Positions 12,001 through 24,000 of a stretch of DNA of 64,000 nt are shown here, piece after piece. The notes under the pieces were generated by a model. It made no database searches. It saw only the letters and a program-made list of their open reading frames with translations, and had not been told where the DNA came from. The position numbers and the translations under genes are program-made. Numbering within the stretch: position 1 is the stretch's first letter; each line of letters starts with the position of its first letter. Source of the stretch: Ranitomeya imitator (Eukaryota); assembly GCF_032444005.1 (NCBI RefSeq), contig NC_091290.1, forward strand, positions 20,646,001-20,710,000. Direction: 5' to 3'.

Positions 12001-15000
12001 CCTTGGGCGTATCTATACGTCCCTGTGACCTGGGCCTTATTGACCTGGGACGGATGGATATGTTCAGGCGAACGTTTGTGTACACGGGCTTAAATGCTGC
12101 AATCGAACTTTATTGCAGCATTCTGGGAGCGGACAGAGGGAAGACAGCCCATCTGCCCTTGGATCGGAGACGCCGCGACAATTTGCATAGCGTTGGGATA
12201 CTGCTGCATCTCCATGCAATACAAGCGATCAGCCTGTAAAAAATGATAGTCCCATAGTGGGACAAAGAAAAAAAGTTTTTAAAAAGTTTTTAAGTAATTG
12301 TAAAAATAAAAAAAATAAAAAAAAATATACAGTATTGTACACATAAATAAATATTTGCATGAAAAAAATATGAATAATAAAAGTAAACATATTTGGTATC
12401 ACTGCGTCCAGAATGACACGACCTATGAATCTGTCCCACTAGTTAACCCCTTTAGTGAACACCATAAAACAATAAATGAAAAACAAGGCAAAAAAACAAT
12501 GATTTATCATTATACTGTTGAATAAAAAGTAGAATAAAACACGATCAAAAGACAGAAATAAATAAGCATGGTACCGCTGAAAACATCATCTTGTCCCTTA
12601 AAAAAACAAGCCATCGTACAGCTCCTATCAGCGGAAAAATAAAAAAGCTTGCATGTAAGTATGAGGATACCTGTACTGTAACTTGGGGTCCAGTGGTCCA
12701 TTGAAATAAGAATGAGTCTTCGATTTATCACCCACAATAACACTTAGCGTATTTGACTTCTCAGAACTCATGATGGGTTCTTGTTCAAAGATATAGGTGA
12801 CATACGTGTCGGTAAGATTGTTCTTAAAATCATTGTATGTTTTAGATAAAACACCCCAATTTGGGCGGTTGTCTAAAAAGTAAAATCAAAAGTTTATTTT
12901 TAAAGGATAAGAGGCACCAAATGGGACAAGATCCCTCATAATACAGAAGGTAGCAAACCATCCTTGTGCATGACTTATAAAATATGCTCCCTTACTATCT
13001 CCCACATTTACTACTACTTGAACTGAACTGATCAGACACGCCTCTATGTTCACCATACTAACTGACAGAAGATATGAAGAAGTTGTCTTAGTGCAGAGAC
13101 AGACTGCCGTATTTCTCGTGCGAGAATCGCATCGCACTGCACAGACTGGCCCAGCACCTCTCCTGACCTGAGCAAGACAGCGTGACGGATTACTATGCAG
13201 CTGTCAAGCTCAGGTCAGGAGAGCAGACAGCCAGTACAAGGTTTACGATGCGACTCTCACACGAGAAATACGGCAGTCTGTCTCTGCCCTAATATCTATC
13301 GATGACCAGCACGTAACATTATGTCTATTGTCTATTTCCCCAAATTCTAGCACTTACCATTCATCTCTGTTGTAATTATGGCAGCATACGCCACTATGGG
13401 TTCATTTGAACTAATAAAAGGCGAGAACGTAACGTCTACTGAACCACTGTGTTCAGACGGACTGATCACAATGTTATCAAGCAGCTCTGTGGAAAGATTA
13501 GAGATAAAAATGTTCATTAGATTGAGAATCTGTAATATAGTAATATATTTGTATATTTTTTTACATTAAAAATGCATTCTGTGTAAAAGATCTTAGAAAA
13601 GCAATTAATTTTTACAAATACAATTCATTCTCGATATTGCACTATTTTCCTATTACAGGCTGCTCATGATATAGTTCGCTTAGGGGCTGGCTTCTTCTAC
13701 TCTGGTCCAGCATTTACACATGTTTTTTTTTCTGCAGTAAACAGGTTATCTGTCTGGAGACTGAGGAGGACATATAACCAGGCTCGGACTGGCCCATAGG
13801 GTAACAGGTGTTGTGAATTCTGTGGCTGAGTTCACTTCTGTGGTCACAAGTGGTATTGCAGTCTCTGGGCTTCCTCCCTCAGGTGTTTTGGTGAGCTCGT
13901 TGGCTGCCTTGCTATTTAGCTCCACCTGAGTCTGTCTTCCTTGCTCCTTGTCAATGTTCCAGTGTTGGATCTGAGCTACTGCATCTTTCCTTGGGCCTGC
14001 TGCTCTGCTAGATAAGTGCTTCTAGTTTGTTTTCTGTTTTTTTCTGTCCAGCTTGCTATTGTCTTTTGCTGGAAGCTCTGAGAAGCAGAGGGGTGCACCG
14101 CCGTGCTGTTAGTTCGGCACGGTGGGTCTTTTTGCCCCTTTGCGTGGTTTTCGTTTTAGGGTTTTTTGTAGACTGCATAGTTCTCTTTGCTATCCTCGCT
14201 CTGTCTAGAATATCGGGCCTCACTTTGCTGAATCTATTTCATTCCTACGTTTGTCTTTTCATCTTGCTAACAGTCATTATATGTGGGGGGCTGCCTATTC
14301 CTTTGGGGTATTTCTCTGAGGTAAGTCAGGCTTGTATTTCTATCTTCAGGCTAGTCAGCTCCTGAGGCAGTGCCGAGTTGCATAGGTAGTTGTTAGGCGC
14401 AATCCACTGCTGCTTATAGTTGTGTGAGGATAGATCAGGTACTGCAGTCTACAGAGATTCCACGTCTCAGAGCTCGTCCTATTGTTTTTGGTTATTGCCA
14501 GATCTCTGTATGTGCGCTGATTACTGCACGCTGTGTTGCCTGATTGCCAGCCATAACAGTACAAGGAGCCACACCAATGATTCCCAATAGAGGGAAAAAA
14601 GAAATCCTGACATCATTTTTTTTTCTTAGCTCTGTCTTCGGTCTTTTTTTTCCCCTAGACATTAGAGTGCTTCAGGACACAGCTGTGGACATGGATATTC
14701 AGGCTCTGTGCTCCTCAATGGATAATCTCGTTGTAAATGTACAAAAGATTCAAGATACTATTGATCAGAAATCGATGCTAGAACCAAAAATTCCGATTCC
14801 TGATTTGTTTTTTGGTGACAGAACTAAGTTCCTGAGCTTCAGAAATAATTGTAAGCTATTTTTGGCCTTGAAACCTCATTCTTCTGGTAATCCTATTCAA
14901 CAGGTTTTGATTATTATTTCTTTTTTGCGCGGCGACCCACAGGACTGGGCGTTTTCTCTTGCACCAGGAGATTCTGCATTGAGTAATGTTGATGCATTTT

Positions 15001-18000
15001 TCCTGGCGCTCGGATTGCTTTACGATGAGCCTAATTCAGTGGATCAGGCTGAGAAAAATCTGCTGGCTTTATGCCAGGGTCAGGATGATGTAGAAGTATA
15101 TTGTCAGAAATTTAGGAAGTGGTCAGTACTCACTCTGTGGAATGAATCTGCACTAGCGGCTTTGTTCAGAAAGGGTCTCTCTGAAGCTCTTAAGGATGTA
15201 ATGGTGGGATTTCCTATGCCTGCTGGTTTGAATGAGTCTATGTCCTTGGCCATTCAGATCGGTCGTCGCTTGCGCGAGCGTAAATCTGTGCACTATCTGG
15301 CGGTACTGCCTGAGAGTAAACCTGAGCCTATGCAGTGCGACAGGACTATGACTAAAGTAGAACGGCAAGAACACAGACGTCTGAACAGACTGTGTTTCTA
15401 TTGTGGTGATTCTACTCATGCTATTTCTAATTGTCCTAAACGCACTAGGCGGTTCGATAGCTCTGCCGTTATTGGTACTGTACAGTCCAAATTCCTTTTG
15501 TCCATTACCTTAATGTGCTCTTTGTCATCGTATTCTGTCATGGCGTTTGTGGATTCAGGCGCTGCCCTGAATCTGATGGATTTGGATTATGCTAAACGTT
15601 GTGGATTTTTCTTGGAGCCTTTGCGGTGTCCTATTCCGTTGAGAGGAATTGATGCTACACCTTTGGCCAAGAATAAGCCTCAGTACTGGGCCCAGCTGAC
15701 CATGTGCATGGCTCCTGCACATCAGGAAGTTATTCGCTTTCTGGTACTGCATAATTTGCATGATGTGGTCGTGTTGGGGTTGCCATGGCTACAAACCCAT
15801 AATCCAGTATTGGATTGGAACTCTATGTCGGTAACCAGCTGGGGTTGTCAGGGAGTACATGGTGATGTTCCATTTTTGTCTATTTCGTCATCCATTCCTT
15901 CTGACATCCCAGAGTTCTTGTCGGACTTTCAGGATGTATTTGAAGAGTCCAAGTCTGATGCCCTACCTCCGCATAGGAATTGTGATTGTGCTATCGATTT
16001 GATTCCTGGTAGTAAATTCCCTAAGGGTCGTTTATTTAATTTGTCCGTACCTGAACACACCGCTATGCGCAGTTATGTGAAGGAGTCCCTGGAGAAGGGA
16101 CATATTCGCCCATCGTCGTCACCATTGGGAGCAGGGTTCTTTTTTGTAGCCAAGAAGGATGGTTCGCTAAGACCGTGTATTGATTACCGCCTTCTTAATA
16201 AGATCACTGTTAAGTTTCAGTATCCCTTGCCATTGATTTCTGACTTGTTTGCTCGGATTAAGGGGGCTAGTTGGTTTACTAAGATTGATCTTCGTGGTGC
16301 GTATAATCTGGTGAGAATCAGGCAGGGAGATGAATGGAAAACGGCATTTAATACGCCCGAGGGTCATTTTGAGTATCTGGTGATGCCGTTCGGACTTGCC
16401 AATGCTCCATCTGTTTTTCAGTCTTTTATGCATGACATTTTCCGTGAGTATCTGGATAAATTCTTGATTGTTTACTTGGATGACATTTTGATCTTCTCAG
16501 ATGATTGGGAGTCTCATGTGAAGCAAGTCAGAATGGTTTTCCAGGTACTGCGTGCTAATTCCTTGTTCGTGAAGGGATCAAAGTGTCTCTTCGGTGTGCA
16601 GAAAGTTTCATTTTTGGGGTTCATCTTTTCCCCTTCTACTATCGAGATGGATCCGGTTAAGGTTCAGGCCATCCAGGATTGGACTCAGCCGACATCTCTA
16701 AAAAGTCTGCAGAAATTCCTGGGCTTTGCTAATTTTTATCGTCGCTTCATCTGTAATTTTTCTAGCATTGCCAGTCCATTGACCGATTTGACCAAGAAGG
16801 GTGCTGATTTGGTTAATTGGTCTTCTGCTGCCGTGGAAGCTTTTCAGGAGTTGAAGCGTCGTTTTTGCTGTGCCCCTGTGTTGTGTCAACCTGATGTTTC
16901 TCTTCCGTTCCAGGTCGAGGTTGATGCTTCTGAGATTGGTGCAGGGGCGGTTTTGTCACAGAGAGGTTCTGGTTGCTCAGTGTTCAAACCATGTGCTTTC
17001 TTTTCCAGGAAATTTTCTGCTGCTGAGCGTAATTATGATGTGGGCAACCGAGAGTTGCTGGCCATGAAGTGGGCATTCGAGGAGTGGCGTCATTGGCTTG
17101 AGGGTGCTAAGCATCGCGTGGTGGTATTGACTGATCATAAGAACTTGACTTATCTCGAGTCTGCCAAGCGCTTGAATCCTAGACAGGCCCGTTGGTCGTT
17201 ATTTTTTGCTCGTTTTGATTTTGTGATTTCATACCTTCCGGGCTCTAAAAATGTGAAGGCGGATGCTCTGTCTAGGAGTTTTGTGCCCGACTCTCCGGGG
17301 TTATCTGAGCCGGCGAGTATCCTCAAGGAAGGAGTCATTGTGTCTGCCATCTCCCCTGATTTGCGGAGAGTGTTGCAGAAATTTCAGGCTAATAAACCTG
17401 ATCGTTGTCCGGCCGAGAAACTGTTCGTCCGTGATAGGTGGACTAGTAAAGTTATCTCTGAACTTCATTGTTCGGTGCTGGCCGGTCATCCAGGAATCTT
17501 TGGTACCAGGGAGTTGGTTGCTAAATCCTTCTGGTGGCCATCTCTGTCACGGGATGTGCGTGCTTTTGTGCAGTCCTGTGGAATTTGTGCTAGGGCTAAG
17601 CCCTGCTGTTCACGTGCCAGTGGGTTGCTTTTGCCCTTGCCGGTCCCGAAGAGGCCTTGGACACATATTTCGATGGATTTCATTTCTGACCTTCCCGTTT
17701 CTCAAAAAATGTCGGTCATTTGGGTGGTCTGTGATCGCTTTTCTAAAATGGTCCATCTGGTGCCCTTGGTTAAATTGCCTTCCTCCTCTGATTTGGTGCC
17801 TTTGTTCTTCCAGCATGTGGTTCGTTTACATGGCATTCCTGAGAATATTGTTTCTGACAGAGGTTCCCAGTTTGTCTCGAGGTTCTGGCGAGCCTTTTGT
17901 GGTAGGATGGGCATTGACCTATCTTTCTCCTCGGCCTTCCATCCTCAGACTAATGGCCAGACCGAACGAACCAATCAGACCTTGGAAACATATCTGAGAT

Positions 18001-21000
18001 GTTTTGTTTCCGCTGACCAGGATGATTGGGTGTCATTTTTGCCGTTGGCTGAGTTCGCCCTTAATAATCGGGCCAGCTCGGCTACCTTGGTCTCTCCATT
18101 TTTCTGCAATTCTGGGTTCCATCCTCGTTTCTCTTCAGGACAGGTTGAGTCTTCGGACTGTCCTGGTGTGGATTCTGTGGTGGACAGGTTGCAGCAGATC
18201 TAGACTCAGGTAGTGGACAATTTGACCTTGTCCCAGGAGAAGGCTCAGCTTTTCGCTAATCGCAGACGCCGTGTGGGACCCCGACTTCGTGTTGGGGATT
18301 TGGTTTGGTTATCTTCTCGTCATATTCCTATGAAGGTTTCCTCTCCTAAATTTAAACCTCGTTTTATTGGTCCGTATAGGATTTCTGAGATTCTCAATCC
18401 GGTGTCTTTTCGTCTGACCCTCCCAGACTCCTTTTCCATACATAATGTATTCCATAGGTCGTTGTTGAGGAGATACGTGGCACCTATGGTTCCATCTGTG
18501 GAGCCTCCTGCCCCTGTTTTGGTGGAGGGGGAATTGGAGTATATTGTGGAGAAGATTTTGGATTCTCGTGTCTCTAGACGGAAACTCCAGTATCTGGTCA
18601 AATGGAAGGGTTATGCTCAGGAAGATAATTCCTGGGTTTTTGCCTCTGATGTCCATGCCCCAGATCTTGTTCGTGCCTTTCATGTGGCTCATCCTGGTCG
18701 GCCTGGGGGTTCTGGTGAGGGTTCGGTGACCCCTCCTCAAGGGGGGGGGTACTGTTGTGAATTCTGTGGCTGAGTTCACTTCTGTGGTCACAAGTGGTAT
18801 TGCAGTCTCTGGGCTTCCTCCCTCAGGTGTTTTGGTGAGCTCGTTGGCTGCCTTGCTATTTAGCTCCACCTGAGTCTGTCTTCCTTGCTCCTTGTCAATG
18901 TTCCAGTGTTGGATCTGAGCTACTGCATCTTTCCTTGGGCCTGCTGCTCTGCTAGATAAGTGCTTCTAGTTTGTTTTCTGTTTTTTTCTGTCCAGCTTGC
19001 TATTGTCTTTTGCTGGAAGCTCTGAGAAGCAGAGGGGTGCACCGCCGTGCTGTTAGTTCGGCACGGTGGGTCTTTTTGCCCCTTTGCGTGGTTTTCGTTT
19101 TAGGGTTTTTTGTAGACTGCATAGTTCTCTTTGCTATCCTCGCTCTGTCTAGAATATCGGGCCTCACTTTGCTGAATCTATTTCATTCCTACGTTTGTCT
19201 TTTCATCTTGCTAACAGTCATTATATGTGGGGGGCTGCCTATTCCTTTGGGGTATTTCTCTGAGGTAAGTCAGGCTTGTATTTCTATCTTCAGGCTAGTC
19301 AGCTCCTCAGGCAGTGCCGAGTTGCATAGGTAGTTGTTAGGCGCAATCCACTGCTGCTTATAGTTGTGTGAGGATAGATCAGGTACTGCAGTCTACAGAG
19401 ATTCCACGTCTCAGAGCTCGTCCTATTGTTTTTGGTTATTGCCAGATCTCTGTATGTGCGCTGATTACTGCACGCTGTGTTGCCTGATTGCCAGCCATAA
19501 CAAACAGGGCAATCCCCTGGTGGACCCCTGTGCAGATCTGTGCCCTCAACCCTCCTCTATGGGCACTACTTGACATAATTCACTTGATTCATTCAGTACA
19601 AAAAAGCAGGATCTCATCATTCATTTACCAAACTACCCAGTTTATGATTATATAGAGATATCGGTAAATTTATGAATGGGGGTAGTGTAAAATTTGTATG
19701 CAGGTGAAAAGTGCCCCTCCCCCCAAAGTCAATGTTACTGGTGGGCCCTTGGCACCCCAGTCTGACACTGCATATAACCCACTGTTAGTACCACTCATAA
19801 TACTGCCAGGAGAGGGGAAATCGGAGCATTTATGGAGACAGATGGAGAAAGCACAGCGAGTGCTTCTTCCTTGGCTATGAGTGACTGCTGAATGCCACAG
19901 TCAGATAGCATTGCTCTATGAAGTTGGCTACAAAGTATTAGACAGAGATACAGATCTGTAATATACCTGTATAAGGAGGTTCCATGGCGCCGATTCTTGA
20001 GATTGCATTAAGAGAATTTATATTTGATCTAGATAATACAGAGGAGGGATCCATATAGTTTGTGAAAGATACCATAGATTGTTTTTCATTAATGGTGTCC
20101 TTGTTTCGGTTATATTTTATATTATTAAAGCTAGCGATGCTAACCCTGAAAATAAAAAAAATATTTTAGTAGTTAGATTGGTCTTCTAACGGAGTCACAC
20201 AGCAAAAATGTTCACTCATAAATATAGCTGAAAGTCCTGCACCTCAAAGCATTATCTGTAATAAGGGTCCTCAAGCTTCATAAGCCGCATATTTCTGTCT
20301 CCTGAGACTTGTAATGCTCCCGATAAGACAGCAAAAGGTGTTCCAGGGGAATCTCCTTCCAGAACTTCATCCAGGGCATTAGTGAGCTCTAAGACAGTCT
20401 GTGGCACTATGTGGTGGCATCAGATGAACTGATATATAATGTTGCAGAAGTTTTCAATTGGATTCATGTATGGGGAGTGTGAGGGACAATGAATGGCATT
20501 AATGCCATTATCATCCAGGAATTGTGTAGACCCTATCCGCATGACGTAGCTCATTGTATTGCAACAGGAGGCAACCAGGTCGGTCAATGGCCCTAAGATT
20601 TTCATTACCAATGACTATCACATGGAGGCTGGCACAACCCTCTAAGTATATTTTCCCCAGAACATCACTTCCAACCACTAAACCAGTCATGCTGGATATT
20701 GCTCCAGGCAGCTTAACATTCACCATGGGATCTCCAGACTCTGTCACGTGTTAAGTGTGAACCTACTCTAACCTGAGAAGATAACAGTGTGGCAATGTTG
20801 GACATTTGGAACATGTCAGTAATGCTGCATGCTGCCTGGTTGTTCTCTTAATTAGAGCAATCTACCAGTACTTTTTAAGAAATGGGCAACAGAAGACTTG
20901 CAGTAATAATGTCTATATTTTGTCGTCCGATGTCTTTCAATGATAAAAATATAGTTATGGTACCTGTACTGTAACTCGGGGTCCAGTGGTCCATTGAAAT

Positions 21001-24000
21001 AAGAGTGAGACTTTGATCCATCTCCCACAAGAACACTTATCATTTTTGACTGCCCAGAGCTCACAATCTGTTCTTTCTCCAATATATAGGTGACATAAGT
21101 GTCGGTGAGCTTGTTCTGAAAATCATTGTATGTTTTAGATAAAATTCCTTTACGTGGATGGTCATCTAAAAAAAAATAGCTTAGATTCATTACATAGAAG
21201 ATACTCTAGCAAACCATGATTGTGTTATAAGATGTGCTCACCTTACATATTTTATGTTTTGGAAAGAACACACTGCCGAAACATTATAAAGGCAATAATT
21301 CTATATGATATTCATTCCCAGCCCAGTTCATGAGACACCCCTCTATTTACACCCTTACTATTTAAAAGGGAAAGAGGTTGCCCTACCTCTATCGATGGCT
21401 GGCATCCTTCAATCGTTCAGTATATCTATAGTGTATTTCAGTAGAAAGCCTAGCTCTTACCGGTCATCTCTGTTGTTACTATAACAGCATACGCCACAAC
21501 AGGTCCATTTGAATTGTCAAGAGGCGAGAACGTAACATCTATTGAATTCCCAAGTTCAGACTGACTTAACACAATGTTGTTTTCAGTAAGACCTGTGGAT
21601 AGATCATAGATAAAATATGTTCATTGGATTGAAAATATCCAAATTTAACATAGTAATATATTTTTAAAATATTCCTTTTATAGTACAATCTTTAAACGGC
21701 CTTTGCTGACCCACAAATGCTAATTAATAACTGTAACATACCCGTAAAAGAAGGTTTCACATAGTCGATTCTTGAGATTTCATTAACAGAATTTATATTT
21801 TTCCTTGTTAATACAGAGGAAGGATCCATGTAACTTGTGAAAGATACCATAGATTTTTCTTCATTGATGGTGTCTGTGTCTGTGTTTGTGTCATACTTGA
21901 TATTATTAAATTCAGCAATACTGACCCTAAAAATCAGAAGATAATTTTATAGTTAGTGTGTTTTGTTAAAGGGGTTGTCCACTACATTCTATAATGCCCC
22001 ACCGATTTAAACCTTGTAAATAAATGTTTTTTTGTAAAAAACCTTTTCTTGTCATCTGTGCCTGTGAGCGGCACTATCGCTGACCGCTCAGTCTGCATCA
22101 CGTGATTCCGGCTGCAGCCGCCACTGATGTCACGTCAAGTTGCAGAATGCCTTGCACCACCTTGGCGTAACCCATTTGTGCTCACCAATGGGGGTGGGTG
22201 GTGATTCACCGCACGTCACAGCCCAGTATCCAGCACACTTGCTGCTAATGAAAGTATAGGAGAGAGGGAAAGTGCACACTGCATGCTGGTGTAATGCTGC
22301 TGCAATGCAGGTAGGTGCAGGCTTCACTAAATGGCAGTAGAGAGGAAGCAGGTCTGCACCTAAACAGAGCTGTCCTGCAGTGAGGCTACCACAGGTGGCA
22401 TCAGAATAGCTAAACAAGCCGGGTCAAATCCTAGACTGTAGTGCAGTACCAAAGGAATCAGCAAATGCGATCAGAGGCAAGCCAGGGGGTCAGTAATGGT
22501 CAGGAGCAGATAAGCCAAAAGACAAAGGACGGAAACAGGTCGGGATACAAGCCAAGTTAAAGCCAGGGAGTCTGCACACTAAAGGGAAGCACTGAGTCAA
22601 GACAGGAATAGGGGAAAACAGCGACACGGGGTCAAACAGCAAATGCAGCAGGACCAATCAGAGCAATCAGAGTCAGCTACAGCAGCACTAAGCAAAAACT
22701 ATAACTGACACAGCCTGCAGGAAGCAGCGGCAGCGATAGTCAACATGAACCCAGACAGAGGCTAAAAAAGGTTAACTCTTGACATGAACAGACCGGGAAA
22801 AAGGGAAGACAGGACTCAAAACACGATCTGGATCATGTTGCTGGACTGTGATGTGCAGTGAAACACCTGCCACAGTCCAGTCAATCAGGATGGGTGCGCG
22901 CTGCTCACAGGCACAGATGGTAACTAGAGGTATTTATAGAAAATAATTGTTTACAAGGGGCATTATAGAATAAACTCTAATAAGGGAATGACAAAAGAAA
23001 AATGTTCACATTCTATAGCTAGTGCAAAGCATTACCACATCAATGCATCATCTGTAACATGGGGTTCATAAGCATCACAAGCCATTTATATTGCTTTTTT
23101 TTAAGGGCGTCTTATGCAGTACAGCCTGGGTGCAACTGAGACTTCAGTTCCCCCCCCCCCCCCCCCAAAAAAAAAAAAAAAAAATCCATTTTTCACATTG
23201 AGATAATTTCTTTGTGCAATGTTCAAATTAATAAACCATACATCAGATCTCAATGAAGGAAATATTCAAATTGAACATTACTATTGACAGTCAATAGGCA
23301 ACAAAATTATCAGCCCAATGAGGCTGTATTCCAAATCACCCCCCACACCAAAGTAAAATATTTCTATCATAGATCTGCGTGAATTTCATCATGGTCACTC
23401 AAAATGTGACTCAGTAGTGTATATGGTCCCACATGCTAGTATCCAATCCCCTCAACATATGGGTAAGCCCCTAATGAGACAGCAGATGATGTCCTGGGAA
23501 ATCTCATCTCAGGCCTCCAGACCTCGATCAGGTAGTAAGTGAGCTGCAAGAAAGTATGTGAAGCTATGTGGCAGCATCAGATTATCTCAATTGGATTCAT
23601 GTCTGGGGAATATGAAGGCCAGTCAATAACATCAATGCCTTCATTATACTGCAAATACAAATTCGGGCCATATAATGCCGGTCATTTTTCTACACTAGAA
23701 GGAACCAAGGTCTTACAATATCTCTAAGGATTTTGTCAGCAAACTACCATTGACCCTCACATGAAGGTTTACAGAACTCTCCAATGATATGTTTCCCTAG
23801 ACCATCATTAACCCATTGCTGAACTGGCCATGCTGAATGATTATGCAGGCAATATAATGTTCACCATGGTGTCTGTAGACTCTTTCATGTCTGCCAAGGG
23901 TTCATTGTCACCTGCTCTCATCTGAGAAGAGAACAGGATGGTAATGGACCTGCGTATTCTGGCATTTTCTGTTGAATATCAATCAGCCTGCATGATCCCG

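Noticed and set aside
14027-14365. Hydrophobic 112-120 aa ORFs at 14027 and 18971 as env-like genes
   Set aside because: Both lie inside the LTRs, start at non-ATG codons and reflect T-rich sequence.
18201-18203. Programmed stop-codon read-through in gag-pol
   Set aside because: The stop lies late in integrase, not at the gag-pol junction, and is one base from a Trp codon; a nonsense mutation or sequencing error is simpler.
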